This document shows, piece after piece, positions 36,312 through 48,939 of a stretch of DNA of 64,000 bases; position 1 is the first letter of the stretch, and each line of letters starts with the position of its first letter. The notes below the pieces were generated by a model, which did not search any database, was not told the origin of the DNA, and worked only from the letters and a program-made list of their open reading frames with translations. Both the position numbers and the translations under genes were made by a program. The stretch covers positions 6,720,842 to 6,784,841 of the forward strand of contig CAJINV010000004.1 in NCBI GenBank assembly GCA_905178155.1, read 5' to 3'. This DNA comes from Amoebophrya sp. A120. Its lineage: Eukaryota > Protista > Dinoflagellata.

Positions 36312-39300
36312 ATGATGACAGACGTTGTGGCGGATGACGTTGACGACCGGCAAAACAAAAACATGATGAACAATATGAACCGAGACAACCACGAAGAAGC
36401 CACCGAGAAAACACGGCTCCTCTCTAGTGCAGGAGTTCATCCCGGGGCAGTAGAAGAGACGAGAAAACCGGTTTGGCTTGACAAAGACAAGTACATCACG
36501 AATAACTCCACACCCCGGATGGAAGTAGATTCACATGAACAACTGTTACCAGCGAGTAAACAGCACTTGTCAACAAAGCAAGGCCTGGACCTGGACGGAG
36601 GTGCAGGAGCAGCAGGCGCATTATACGATGATGCCGACGCTTGGGGAGACCACATATGAGAGTGCACAGCTCCCCCTCCCCCTCATTTGTATTGCATCAA
36701 CAGCAATACAAGCGTCAGCAAGAATACAGGTTTTGCATGACAAGTTTGGTGTTGGACAGGATTGTAGTGCTACTTGGGCTGCCAGAACTTGTCATGCTAA
36801 AAGGGCCAAGAGGCAAGGCGTAAATTAGGTATTTTGCATGACAAATGAGGGGGAGGGGGAGTTGTGCACTCTCATACCACAACACTGCCTTTCAGAAGAA
36901 GCTGTTCGCGCCCTACCTTGTCACCTCTAAATGGAAAATATGCAATGCAAAAGCATCGTACTAGTATAAATTGCATGACAAATTAGCCCAGCATTACAAA
37001 TTTAATTTGTAATGCTGATTTACCTTGAAAAAGAGATTTGTAATGCAGAAATGCAATTACTACGAGAGAGTACGATACTTTTGCACAGGATAGAAAATCT
37101 GGTGCCTCAGTTCCTGCTGGGTGTACTACGGGATGGTGTTATCGACCTATGTTGCGTTTACCATCCCGTTAGAAGCGATGCGGATGGCGCCGGGGTGGCA
37201 AAGCTCCTTTGTCGTGCTCGAGCGCATGATCTACGGACTGACGCACTTGACCGCGCCTTTTTTCGGAAAGTACTATTTCGATGCTTTTTTATATCGTTTG
37301 CGTTTCACAACGATCACGATGAGACATAAATGTCAATCTGTTTTCATTGCAGATTTTTGCCAGACCGCTTTTAATATTCGTTTTCGTTACTTACGAACAT
37401 GAGGAGTTTTAGATTTACTCGCAACAGGACTTCATGGCTGGCCAGCATGACTCCAGGTGTAAATTTGTGTTGCATGCTTTACATCATTAAATCAACAGGA
37501 TTTCCGACGAAACCCGGCACCCGTGGGGCAAGCGTCGACCGCTGCTGGCCGGAGGTGTGTTTCTGCTTCTATCCTCCCACACGATGCTATTCTTTGCCTC
37601 CGATCAGCTCGCGATGTACCTCTACCTGATCGCCCTCAGCGGCGCCATGGTGGCGAAAAACCTTGTCATTGCCTGCACGTCCGGGTATTTAGCCGATGTC
37701 GTGCCGAAGGAGCTGTCTTCCACCGTGTCTGGCATTACCACCATCCAGTGCGCCACAGGGTGTCTGATCGGGTTCGGGACGCAATATATGCAATGCAAAA
37801 GTATCTTACTAGTATAAATCGCATGACAAATTCCCTCAGCATGAAAAATTTATTTTGTGATGCGGATTTACTTAGCTTCAGAAAAAAATTTGTAATGCAT
37901 GAGTGCAATTACTACGAATACGATACTTTTGCACAGGATACAATATCTACTCGCCTCCAGCGCGGTGAAGTTCACGTACGTCTATGTGACGGGCGTCTAC
38001 GTTATGACAGTGCACAACTCGACGTCTCCCTCCCCCTCATTTGTGATGCAAAGTCCCCAAATGATTTGTTGCCTTGTGGCACTGTTTGCATGACAAATTT
38101 CGGAAGCCTAAACAGTACCACAGTCGGCCTGTGAACTTGTCATGCACAGGCTCCAAGTGTGTTGGTGTTTGTATTGCTGCTCATGCCATGCAAATGGGGG
38201 GGGGGTTGTGCACTCTCATATACGTGCTCGCGACGCTACTTTTCTTCCTCGTCGCCTCGGAGCCCCCGAGCGACGCGGAGAGTCTGCAGCGGTTTCGACA
38301 AGAGTTCGAGCGGGAGGAGCGAGCACGGGCGGGGAATCAGCAGGGTATGTCGGCTATGCGTTGCAAAAGTACTGCACTTCTACCATAAATTGCATTACAA
38401 ACTAGCTCAGCATGACAAATGCGATTTGTGATGCTGTTTTGGCTTAGGAAGAAGATTTGTCATGCGTACCTGCAAGCAGTACGAGTGCGATCCAACTTTT
38501 GCAATGTATATCGGCCGCTTCACTCACACCCCCGACCACCGCTCAGCAATCATCCGCGACCGATGCCGCGACTGACACGGAGTCCGTCGCGACCAGCCAG
38601 CTGTACTCCGCCCGGGTATCGAAGAAAAATAAAGTGTGTAAGTGTAATTTCGTAGGAAGAACAGCAGCACAAATTGTGCAATGCAGGGAAAACCTGTCAT
38701 GCGCAGCTAGTACGTGGAAACACGTATGAAAGTTGCCGATGACGCAAATCCAGCATGACAAGCGTATACAGTTTTGCATTTCCTGCATCACAGACTTACA
38801 CTTACGCAGTGTTTTTCTTGCATACCGGGACAGCGCGGATTATTACACGCACCGGCAGCCGAGGTATCTGCAGAACGCGAGTCTCGCGGATCGCTCCACG
38901 CGGGCGCCCTCCTCGCGCGGTGGAGGTCGGGGGCCCAGTGGGGCGACGCAGCAGGGGTACAGCAGCGACGGGCAAACCAGTATCGTAAGAAAAAATCCCC
39001 CCTCCCCATGTCGAAAAGGTCCGTCTAAGGAAATTTGTAATGCTCATTTGTGACCACAAATCGTCTCTGTCTTGCAGCAGGAACGAAACTACACGACAGG
39101 CTCCGCCGCATTCTGCAGGCGGTCGGTGATGCTGTTGGCCCTACGGACTAGACGTTTGCCATGCTTAGCGCCTAGCAGAAAACCTCTCTACTCGGGCTTA
39201 GTATAGGCCCGCAGTTCTCTCCAGCAAGACGAATCTGATTTGTGTACACAAATCCAGCATCAGAAACTTCGTTTTGATATGGGGAGAGGGCACTTTTCCT

Positions 39301-41601
39301 TTTGATAACCAGCGTGACCACGGACACGGATTCGGATTTTTACAACAACGCGGAGGACATCATCGACACGCACATGCGGTATACGCATTACAACAGTGTC
39401 GCAGTAGGAACAGCCGGTAGTGGAACGACGTCGACGCCACGGCCAACAACCTCAGGAGCTTCGCCGAACAACTATGTGTCGAACACGATCTCTACTTCCA
39501 ACAACGAGCGCAACCTGGAGCTGCACTCAGCCGAGGTAGAAAATGATGATTCCTCTTTTTTCGCCTCCTGCTCCGCAGGCCTTGCCGCCGCGTCAGGCGC
39601 CATGTCGTCCTTCTTTGGTACTTTCTGGCACGCGCTTACCATCTCACCGGACTACCAGTATTTGGTTTTCGTGCGAATTTTCTTCTATGCCGGATGCAGT
39701 TCCATGAGCATGTTCCTTTTTTACCTCCGAGATGCGCTTCATGTACCTACCAAGGCGGAGGGGATTCAACAACTTTCGTCTCTTGCCATGATCAGCCAGT
39801 GTGCGATCATTGTCGTCGCACTGGGTGCGACGTTGCTGACCAGTAGGGTGTACGCGCAGAAGGTGCTGGTGGGCGTCGGGCTGGGGGCCATGTATCCTGA
39901 GTAAAAACGTACCCACACCAGAGTCAGGATGGGGATTTTGCAACACAAACCTAGGAGTTTTGTGAGTCACGCATGACAAGTTGCACTATTCAGTGTAGTG
40001 CAGGTTGGCAAGTGCAGCCGCGTCACAGATTCATCTGCTCATCCTGTTCACAGCATCACAAATCCCAAAACACGAGTGGAAATGGCTTTCATGGGGATGC
40101 GCATTACAAATGTTCCTGTCATTGCAAATCTGCATGACAACTCTGGTGTGGGGACGTTTTTACTCAGGATACCATGGTCCTCGTGTTTTCGACTCTGTGT
40201 CTTTTGCCCATGCTGACCCCAGAGTACGCGAGCTTCCACTACGGGGAAAACAACCCCGCGAAGAGCTTGATCCTGACGGAGTATCCTAAGCAAAAACGTC
40301 CTCACCCCATAGTCAAGTTGGTAAATCTGCAACACAATATATCTCCAAGTTTTGGGAGATGTGCATGACAAGTCTCCATCTACAGTTTAGTGGGGGTTAG
40401 CAAGGGAAGCCGCATGAAAAGACCATTTGCTCATCCTGTTCACAGCATTACAAATGCCAAAACACGATTGGAAATGCCTCTGATGTAGATGCGCATTACA
40501 AATGTTCCTGTCATTGCGCATTTGCATGACAACGCTGGGGTGGGGACGTTTTTGCACAGGATTCGGAGACCGGCGTGTCCATTCTGGTACACATTGGCGG
40601 ATTCGGTTACGGCCTGGGCGTCGGGTTCATGGGAGTCGGTGACATGGTATGACAGTGCACAACTCCCCCTCCCCCTCATTTGTCCTGCACAATACCCAAC
40701 TCACCCTTTGCCCCTTGGCACTGTTTGCATGACAAGTTCTGGTAGCTCAAAGAGCACCATACTCCCGTGCAAATTTGTCATGCAAAACCGGCACGCTTGT
40801 TGATGCTTGTATTGCGGTTCATGCAATACAAATGAGGGGGAGGGGGAGTTGTGCACTCTCATACATGGGACTCGCTTTCAAGCTGGTTCCGGCCGGGGTG
40901 GGGAACGGTGCCGCCATGAGCATTTTCGGCCCCAGCATCACCTACGGCTTTGTCCTCGGCAGCATCGTCATCGGGACGGCCCTGCAGCACTTCAAGGTGC
41001 CGGGGGGGTCGGAAGACAAGCACTCCGAAGCGGAGATGGCGGAGGCGGCAAGCCGGCAGCAAGCGCTCGACCAGGCGCAGGCGGCGTCAGGAGCTACAGC
41101 GGGGGCCGCGCCCAAGGCGGATTTTAACGGGGTTTTGTGGGAGCCGGGCTACACGGAAGGCGGGCACCAACTGATAGCGCTGTGCTCGGTGATTATGTGT
41201 GGGATTGCCGCCGCGCTCCTGTACAAAGTGGACACGCTATCAAAAGAAAAAATCCCCCTTCCCCATATCAAAACGAGGTTTCTGATGCAGGATTTGCGTA
41301 CACAAATCAGATTTGTCTTGCTGGAGAGGAATGCAGGCCCATACTAAGCCTAAGTAGAGAGGTTTTGGCCTAGGCGTCTAGCATGAGAAACGTCCTTGCT
41401 GCAGGGGCTCACCAGCATCACAAACCGCCTGCAAAACACTGTGGAGCTCGTGGAGTTGCCTTCTTGCAAAACAGACGCGATTTGTGGTCACAAATCAGCA
41501 ACACAAATTTAAACGTACCTTGTCAATATGGGAAGGGGGGTTTTTCCTCGCGATACACGCGCCGGGCGCTGGCCAGGACCGCGAATGGAGAACAGGAGTA
41601 G
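36312..41601 (+). CDS. MFS transporter paralog 2 (11 introners)
   Basis: Exons colinear with paralog 1 (YYGMVLSTYVAFTIPLEAMRMAP, ISPDYQYLVFVRIFFYAGCSSMSMFL, ...RRALARTANGEQE*); shares the GT-AG intron position after FGK. Confidence 0.85.
36655..36876. mobile_element. Introner family B
   Basis: TATGAGAGTGCACAGCTCCCCCTCCCCCTCATTTGT inverted at end; TSD CCACA. Confidence 0.95.
36939..37092. mobile_element. Introner family A
   Basis: TATGCAATGCAAAAG...CTTTTGCACAGGATA; TSD GAAAA. Confidence 0.92.
37787..37940. mobile_element. Introner family A
   Basis: TATGCAATGCAAAAGTATC...GATACTTTTGCACAGGATA; TSD CAATA. Confidence 0.92.
38003..38220. mobile_element. Introner family B
   Basis: TATGACAGTGCACAAC...GTTGTGCACTCTCATA; TSD TACGT. 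Confidence 0.92.
38355..38510. mobile_element. Introner family A
   Basis: TATGCGTTGCAAAAGT...ACTTTTGCAATGTATA; TSD TCGGC. Confidence 0.9.
38617..38824. mobile_element. Introner (~210-bp type)
   Basis: TATCGAAGAAAAA..GTAAGTGTAA / TTACACTTAC..TTTTTCTTGCATA; TSD CCGGG. Confidence 0.88.
38981..39307. mobile_element. Introner family E (opposite orientation to 9622 and 41238)
   Basis: TATCGTAAGAAAAAATCCCC...CTTTTCCTTTTGATA; TSD ACCAG. Confidence 0.9.
39893..40171. mobile_element. Introner family C
   Basis: TATCCTGAGTAAAAACGT...ACGTTTTTACTCAGGATA; TSD CCATG. Confidence 0.95.
40282..40563. mobile_element. Introner family C
   Basis: TATCCTAAGCAAAAACGTCC...GGACGTTTTTGCACAGGATT; TSD CGGAG. Confidence 0.9.
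40648..40863. mobile_element. Introner family B
   Basis: TATGACAGTGCACAACTCCCCCTCCCCCTCATTTGT inverted at end; TSD CATGG; removal restores VGDMGLAFKLVP. Confidence 0.95.
41238..41555. mobile_element. Introner family E
   Basis: TATCAAAAGAAAAAATCCCCCTTCCC...GGGAAGGGGGGTTTTTCCTCGCGATA; TSD CACGC. Confidence 0.92.
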
Positions 41602-43249
41602 TACGCTATGCGATTGCGAACTATGGTTCCAGGAGGGAGGCCGTATTAAATTTTGTTTGCATGGTGGCGCTCATCCTTCTCCCCGAGAGATTGAGCGAAG
41701 TAGTGGCGCTCGCACAGTCCTATCATGATCATGTATGTTTGCGCCATTCTGCTCTAGTAGTAGCTCGCCACCCGAAATACTAAAGGCCGGCGCCGGAGTC
41801 GGAGTGGCAGGTTTTCGCTTTCTCATGCTATTTCTTATTTTTTTTCTTTACAGTTTTGTACATCATTCCCATAATTAAGCGTAACACACTGACGTAGTAC
41901 GCTTGCTTTCTTGTCGTCATCTTTTTTACTTACAGAACACATTCTTGACATACATTCAGTATGAGTATCGTTTTTTAAAGAACTACGGCTCGGCTCCTGC
42001 GGCTATGTCGAAGGACATTTCTGATTTTAATTTGCGCATAAACGTTTCCCTCGCTCTCATCTGTTGCGACGCAATTTTTGAGGCTCAACATCGACCCATT
42101 GAGTACTTCCAGTCTATGAATTTTTCAATTTTGTCATGATCTTGTCGTTTCATCCCTTAAATACTCTCGCTGCAGAACGATTCTGTGCTCGGTAGGATTA
42201 TCCTTATTGGTAGAAGCGCTCTGCACCCCGAGTGTTATGAATGTGGCACCGGATTAGTATGTGGGAGTGGTATGGTGCCAGCTGCTGGACCAGCAAGTAG
42301 GGCATGGGATTGGTACAAAAAAACTTTTCCTTTTGGTGTGACGCAGCTTATTTTCCAAGAACAAGTGGGCCACCAGTACTTCTCCTATCGGACGGCTGCA
42401 CGTTTGAAAAAGTCTCTGCGCAAGGACAACCGCACAGCTCGGTGAAGGTGCGCTTTCTAAATGTGTTTGTGCGAAGTTTCCGCTGCCCTGCACAAGAAAT
42501 ACGTTTACCAGAAGGTGCTGCATGTGACCGCTCCGCGGTATTGTCAATAAAAGGCGGATGAAATAAAAAGTAGATCTGTCTAGTTGATTTGTCGGCCTGT
42601 CACTTTTTCTGGTGAGTATGATTCTCAGCGGCCACCTTTTCACAGTCGGTCTTTCATGTTGAAAGAGCCCACAGCTTCAGTGGAAACTACAAAAGTGATA
42701 TCGGTTTGTTTTTGTCAGCTTGATGTGATCCGGAGATTTTTACTCCTCGAAAGAATTCATTCTTCATCTGTGTGGTCTTCCTCCATCGGTTAGTACTCAG
42801 ATGACGGAAGCGGCTTCTACTTCGGTTTGATGCAGGTGCCGCCGAGCGGATTGAAGATGTGAGTCTGTGCTATGTGAAAAGACACGGAACCTCTGTGCAG
42901 GATGAAATCAATTCGGATTTTTGCACGCATTAGCTTAGCTAGCCCTAGGTCGCGGGCTCACTGAGCATTCTTTTTTTTCCTCCAAAACCAAACAGACGCG
43001 ACTGGCTGTGAAGATTTGGTGCCTATTATATGATTCTTGTTTCGATTCACGCACACGTACTCATACACGCAGTAAATCATTGAGGTTTGCATTTACACGT
43101 GTTTTAAAACATCATTTTGACTCAATTTTCTGTTTGATAGTTGTCCTGAAAAGACAAGCTCAATCTGGCTACACGGTATCTTTATACACGTTATTTTTAT
43201 TTACATCGACCTGTGAGGAAGAGGACCTTCGAGCAAGAACTTCACCAGG

Positions 43250-46200
43250 ATGAGAACTAGTTCGGTTATTCCAGTAGCATGCCTATATTCCCAGGGCCCG
43301 CTCCTCGTCCCGGTGGGGATCTTGTCGTTTTCACAGGAGGTCGGGGGAGTGACTGGGCTCCTGACGCGGCCAGTGACGATAAGTACCACGAGCGAGGAGG
43401 AAGCGGACGGCCCGGATGAATCTTCGAAGTTTCTGGAAAAACGGCGTCTTCAGAAGAAACTGAGTCGGAGTTTGCCTACTTTGCCACCAATTCAGATCTT
43501 CCCGCAGGGTAAAGATGAATCGATCAAGCTCGAAGTCGAAACAAACGGATTAGACTCGTCGAGGAGCGGGAGCCCCGTGCTGCTGGGGCACCACCTGTCC
43601 AGCCCCGCTGCCGGGCAGGGTGCCGGTAAAGTCGGGGACCCGGCTCCTGGTTTTACCACACCAACCGGCCCCAGTGCGAAGTCGAAGTCTTTGTTGAGTC
43701 CAGCACCGGGGCACCAGCCCGCATCGGCGAAAAGTTCGCCGTCGCCCGGCGGCAAAGGGAGCCGCTTTCAGCTTTCCGAAGGCGACGTCGAGGGCATCAT
43801 GCGCGGGGTCAAGAGCCCTGAAATCCGAGATGCCTACGCCGACGCATTGGGTGAGGGTGAGGGCAAGGATGACCCACCGCCTTCTGTGTATAATTAATTG
43901 ATTCTTTCTTGCGCGCATAATAATAATTGGAAAGTTTTTTTAAAACAGACTGTTCTTGGGGCGATTTTTGACCAATTCTAAGTTACTTATATCAGGGGAA
44001 TTTTCAACAGCAAGAAAATCATGAATACGACAGTTCTCCCGCGAAGTGGGACCGGAAGACGATGCAAGACCTGGGCACGGTGAAGTTCGGGAAAGATTTG
44101 CAAAAAAGCCTAGACGGAGAGGCAATCCAGAACGGTTTGACGGACACGCACTGGGCCAAAATTGTAGATGAAGATCTTTCTCGGGATTTTTTTGACACCG
44201 TGGAAGAAGCCATTTACGGTGAGTGGTTTAAAGAAAATTTCGGAACCGAGGGCCCGACCATGCAGCAAACTTTCTTCCTGAAATACCTGCCGCTTCACTA
44301 TCCGATGGCGCAAATATTCAAGGACAACTTTGTGCCTCAATTTATTGCATTCTTCGGGCCCCCGGCTTGGGAAGCGTTAAAGAGAGCCAAGCGACAGGAC
44401 GTCAAGGCTTTTGAATACGGCATGACGCCAAACGCGAACAGTCTCCTCGGTGCGCCGGCACATACGGAACCGCCACACGCGTCGAACATTTACATGACCA
44501 TCAACGCGCAAAGGGCCGCACTGGATTTCTACAAAAGCGTTTACACGACTGTAAACACGGGATACGAAGAACACCTGTCAGGAACCGAAGGTGCAGCTTC
44601 CCGTTACGTGCAATTTGTGCGGTGCGGCTCCTATCCGGACTACAAGACGCCGGTGTGGACAAAAGACTCCGACGGGAACCAGCCGTGGAACCGACAGGTC
44701 ATCGAGTCAAAATCGGCTGTATGAGATGGGAAAACCCAGGAGCCGTGGTGACCGGCAGGGCCGCGACGACGTGCGTCGTGAATCGATAAAAAAAGACATC
44801 AATGCGGTCATGTTGTTCATACAACTACTCTCGCATGCATGCTCTTGTAGATGGATGTCCTTGCCCTATTCAGAGTAGAACTCAAAAAATAGCTGTAAAA
44901 CAAGAACTATCAGGAACAAGAACAAGAACAAGAACATGAACTCCTTTTTGTGTACGGTGATGATGATGATGCACAACAAACAGACATTATAGCGTTAGGA
45001 CCACCTGCCCCAGGTTTCCCTTGCACAGTTCGACCTAGTGCACCAGCAGGACCTCATGGATGGACTGGTCGCAGTGGTTGCCGCTCGCCTTACCGTACTG
45101 AAAACCCGCTCCACCAGCACAGCACCTCAGCGGTAAGTACCCGAAGGAAGTGAGTTTGCAGAGTGCGGCTGCTTGTGTTGGCCAGTTTGTACATGAAAAG
45201 TGTCAACACAAAAAGACAGACGCCGAAGGGATTTGGCGTTAGGTCTCCTGTGTAGAGTCTCCAGTCGGAACCAATCCCACCCCTGCTGCGCCGCGTCTTT
45301 CAGTACTCATTATGAAGTAGAAGACATAAACGTATAGTACGCACATCATCGTATTTCCAGAAGCGCAACTTACTACTAGCTTCCTTCGAGTACAAGTACT
45401 AGACCGGTGGTGTATTTTTGATTTCCATACTTGTCAAAGTCTCCTTCGCTTATTTCATCGAGAACTACGGCCGCGCGGACTTACGCGTGACGGGGAAAAA
45501 CCGAGTCGGCTATAACATGATGTCCCACAAGTGGCGGGCGGCGGAGGAGAGCAACATCCTCCTGCAAGAGCAGCTACAACAGGACGCACAGAACTGGAAA
45601 TACGACAACACCTTTGTCTGTTTGTACTGCAACGACCAGTCGGGCATGTTTTTCGATTTGATGGACCGTTGCGGACTGCAGCCGGCGGCTCTGCAGCTTG
45701 AGTACAAGTCCCAGCCCGCCGACCTATTCTGGATGTTCGACACTTTGAGCCACTTAGCCACGAACTACTACGTCGCGGGCTACTACGATTTCCAAACACC
45801 GTTGTACCAGCAGCAGGATCATGGGAAGAACGTTCTGAAAATGGAAAGCGTGTTTGTGAACGCCTTGTCCAGCCTATCATGGTGCAGAATTGTTCAAGAC
45901 CCCTTGGTTCCTCAGTTATTTCGCATGTGCAGCCACGAATCCAACCTCTCTAGCTGCTGCTGCCTCTCTCTCAGACTCATAAGCAGTGGGGCGGAGAGAA
46001 AAAAAAATAAAAGTGAAACAGAATCGATGCAGCAGCGTCTTTGCGGAATTTGGTATATTTGCTATTGTTCGTTGTAGAAGTTTCCACCATTATTTCCTTG
46101 AATCGGATCGGAAACCCGTCTGGGTCTTAGTTTTGCCACATGATAGAGCACCTGGGTGGTTGGCGAGTTGCGTGCAGGGATTGGGGCGCTGCGCGGAAAG

Positions 46201-46805
46201 GGAGAGGAGCGTGGCACGAAGTTCCAGCACGTTCCGTCCGTCGTTTACGGTTTTGCCAACGCCGCGGGCACGGGGGGCAAGACAGCCGTGATCTACTGGG
46301 AGTTGCATAGAGCGCCGCTGAAGGAGCACCTGAACTCGGATCCGCGGCAGCGACTATTCTTCGCGGAAGCCCAGCCGTTGGTGCTTACCCGGGACCAAGC
46401 GCGGGCCCAGTGGGAAAATACATTTTTTGATTTAACGAAGTGGGCGATGGAGTACGAGCCTGAATTAGCGGCACGGACGGAAATATGCATCGCAAATATG
46501 TATATGTCGGCGTCGGGAAGGATGCAAACTTGTCATGCTGATTTTGGAACACCAACAGCAACGAAGAAATAAAAATCTGTCTTGCAGATGGTCGGCAAGT
46601 AGAGGTTCGCAGTTTTTGTTTCTCGGAAAACGCAGGCTGCGCATGAGGGAACCTCCGGAGGACCTACTATGCTCTTCCTCTTCGGGCATTCCAGACCTTC
46701 TGGCTAATCCGAAAACGGCATGACAGATATTTGCATTCTGCCAGACTAGACAGATTTGCAATGCATACGGAAAAAACCCCACGGGGGGATCAAAATCGGT
46801 CGTGA
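43250..46805 (+). CDS. Hypothetical multi-exon protein
   Basis: Coding-like exons ~43250-43888, ~44034-44718, ~45440-45881 and ~46150-46483 separated by probable GT-AG introns; no recognisable domain; start and end uncertain. Confidence 0.55.
46484..46767. mobile_element. Introner, family D-related, with 6-bp duplication
   Basis: TATGCATCGCAAAT...ATTTGCAATGCATA; CGGAAA on both sides. Confidence 0.85.
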
Positions 46806-47145
46806 ACAGTGTCTACGTTGATCACCTGCGGTACGGGTTGTTGAAAGATTTTGTGCAAAGCATCGACACGGAATGGACCAAACAAGAGTATCCGAGAGCA
46901 AAATTTTCAGTGAATTATTTTGTCTTGTAGTAGTACTTTCACACGAAAAATTACACCTCTGCGTCGAACAGCTCGCCTTTGCAGATATATCAGCTCGCAC
47001 TTCGATTGGTTCTCGATAGAGTGTACAACCACGACGCACGAAGTCTTCCCAGCGCAAGAAAGACAGGTCGCTTTTTGGTTCTCGCAAAGCGTGTAATTAA
47101 GTACTCAAGTACAACCTACCACCATGGAAAATAATAAAATATCAC

Positions 47146-48939
47146 ATGAATTTTGCACGCTATAAAAGGCTGAAGCACAACCACAACCGCGGCAACAAGG
47201 AAGTCGAGGTGCAGCTTATGAAGGACTGGGAAGATATTGCGGAGGGGAAACGCACTGGGAAAACCAAACTTGACGAGAAGAACGCACTTAGTAAGGCGCG
47301 AAATCGAAGTAAAACCCCAACTTCCTCGTCTTCCTCCTCCTCGGGAGCGGGTGTTCAAGGGAGTCGGAACCGCAGCGCGAGTAGAGGGGGAAGTGCTGCT
47401 CGCTCGAGTTCGCGTCCAGCAGCACGCAGTTAAGGCTTACAGAAATTAGTTCCTACCCTTGTTCCCGAAAGCTTAGGTTTGAAAAAAATGGAAACAAACC
47501 GCGAGGGGGGTTTAGCTTGCAAACTCTCGCAGTCGCTTGGAATGGCCGAAGGCCATGAAAAATGTGGCTGGGAAGCAGCCAGCGCGCGAGCTTGGGGGAG
47601 AATGGGCAGCCGTCTTCGGCGGGGCTGCCGCGCTTCTCCTGCCGGGCTGCCAGGAGTGGGCCTTGCGCTCCTGCTCGTTGAAAGCGAGTTGCTTTGAAGT
47701 GCCCTGCTATTGGAAACGAATTACTTGCAATGCCTTGGCATAGTCAGTATTTTGTTTGTTGTGCTAGTATATTGCAAGCAATTCGTGTTCAGCGCCACGT
47801 CGTTAAAAGCAACGCGCCTTCAATATAAGTAAGGGGTCGCCCAGCAGCTGCCACACTCTAGCCTTTCGGAAATGCGTTCCCAAGGTTTGCCGGAAATCCT
47901 GGGAGCACATTTCGGCAAGGCCCCCACGTCGGATTTGTGCTCTGGCCGGCGACAGGTCTGAAGACCTCGCGCAAAATCGTCCGACGTCGGGGAGATAAAG
48001 AAGTGCGCCCCTAGGATTTTCGCCGCGTCGAGACCTGGGATCATAGTTCTGCAAAGCCCCCGCCTAAGATGGTCTTGTGCGGGTTTTTCTGTGTTTCAAG
48101 GTCAGAATACAAACTCGGATAGCACTCTCGTGCTCTGGCCTGCAGAAGTGTGCTCCTAAGATTTGTTGCTATCGAACTCAAATCCGAGAACTCCTCAGAT
48201 GCGAGCTCACGTCCGAGAACTCCTCACATGTGAGCGCACATCCACGAGTTAGCAGGTCAGAAGAACTGCGCAGCATAATCTTACGCGGCAGACTTACAGC
48301 AATGCGCTCCTTGGATTTGTGTGCTGTGCCTCCAATTGCCTCACTTGGAGTCGCGGCCCAAACTTTCACGCGCAGAGCGCGGCGGTTCGCAAGTTTAGCC
48401 GAACCGGCGTAACGATTTTGTTTCTGGTTTTCTGACATTGTGTGCCCATCACAGGATTCCTGTGATAGGCACGCAACACTTTGGGGGGGCCAGAAATAAA
48501 GCTGCCGTGCCACTTCGGCTGTACTTGCGAACTTTGTTTGGTAAGTCGCGTGCGTAGGACGTGTAGTCAGACCGGGACTATCGGTCGAAACGCAGATCCT
48601 ACGCACCTGCTTCAAAATTTTTGAAAGCCGAAGCTTTTAGGAACTGCTCAGGGAACTAATTTCTGAAAGCTCTAACGCAGTCGGTCCAGTTCGCGTCCAG
48701 CAGCACGCAGTCGGTCCAGTTCGCGTCCAGCCGACGTTCCGTCAAGTTCCAGTGTTGAAGCCGCCAAACGGGGCCCGCCACGACTGGTCCCCGCTACGTC
48801 ACTGCGAAAGGCGATGCAAAAAAAATTGCAGCAAATGGAAACGAGTTTGCCAAGCATGCGGGATCCGAAACAAAAACTGAGGTTATCACACAGAACATCA
48901 AATAAACTTAGCTGCATACGATCAAGATCAACATACTAA
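47146..48939 (+). CDS. Ser/Arg-rich coding segment interrupted by a 1246-bp element (possibly the last exon of the preceding gene)
   Basis: Frame ...SSSRPAARS continues RSSSRPAARSRSSSRPADV... to TAA at 48937-48939 once 47430-48680 is removed. Confidence 0.55.
47430..48675. mobile_element. 1246-bp TTA...TAA TIR element inserted in coding sequence
   Basis: TTAAGGCTTACAGAAATTAGTTCC / GGAACTAATTTCTGAAAGCTCTAA, imperfect pairing to ~60 bp; TSD CGCAG at 47425-47429 and 48676-48680. Confidence 0.88.
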
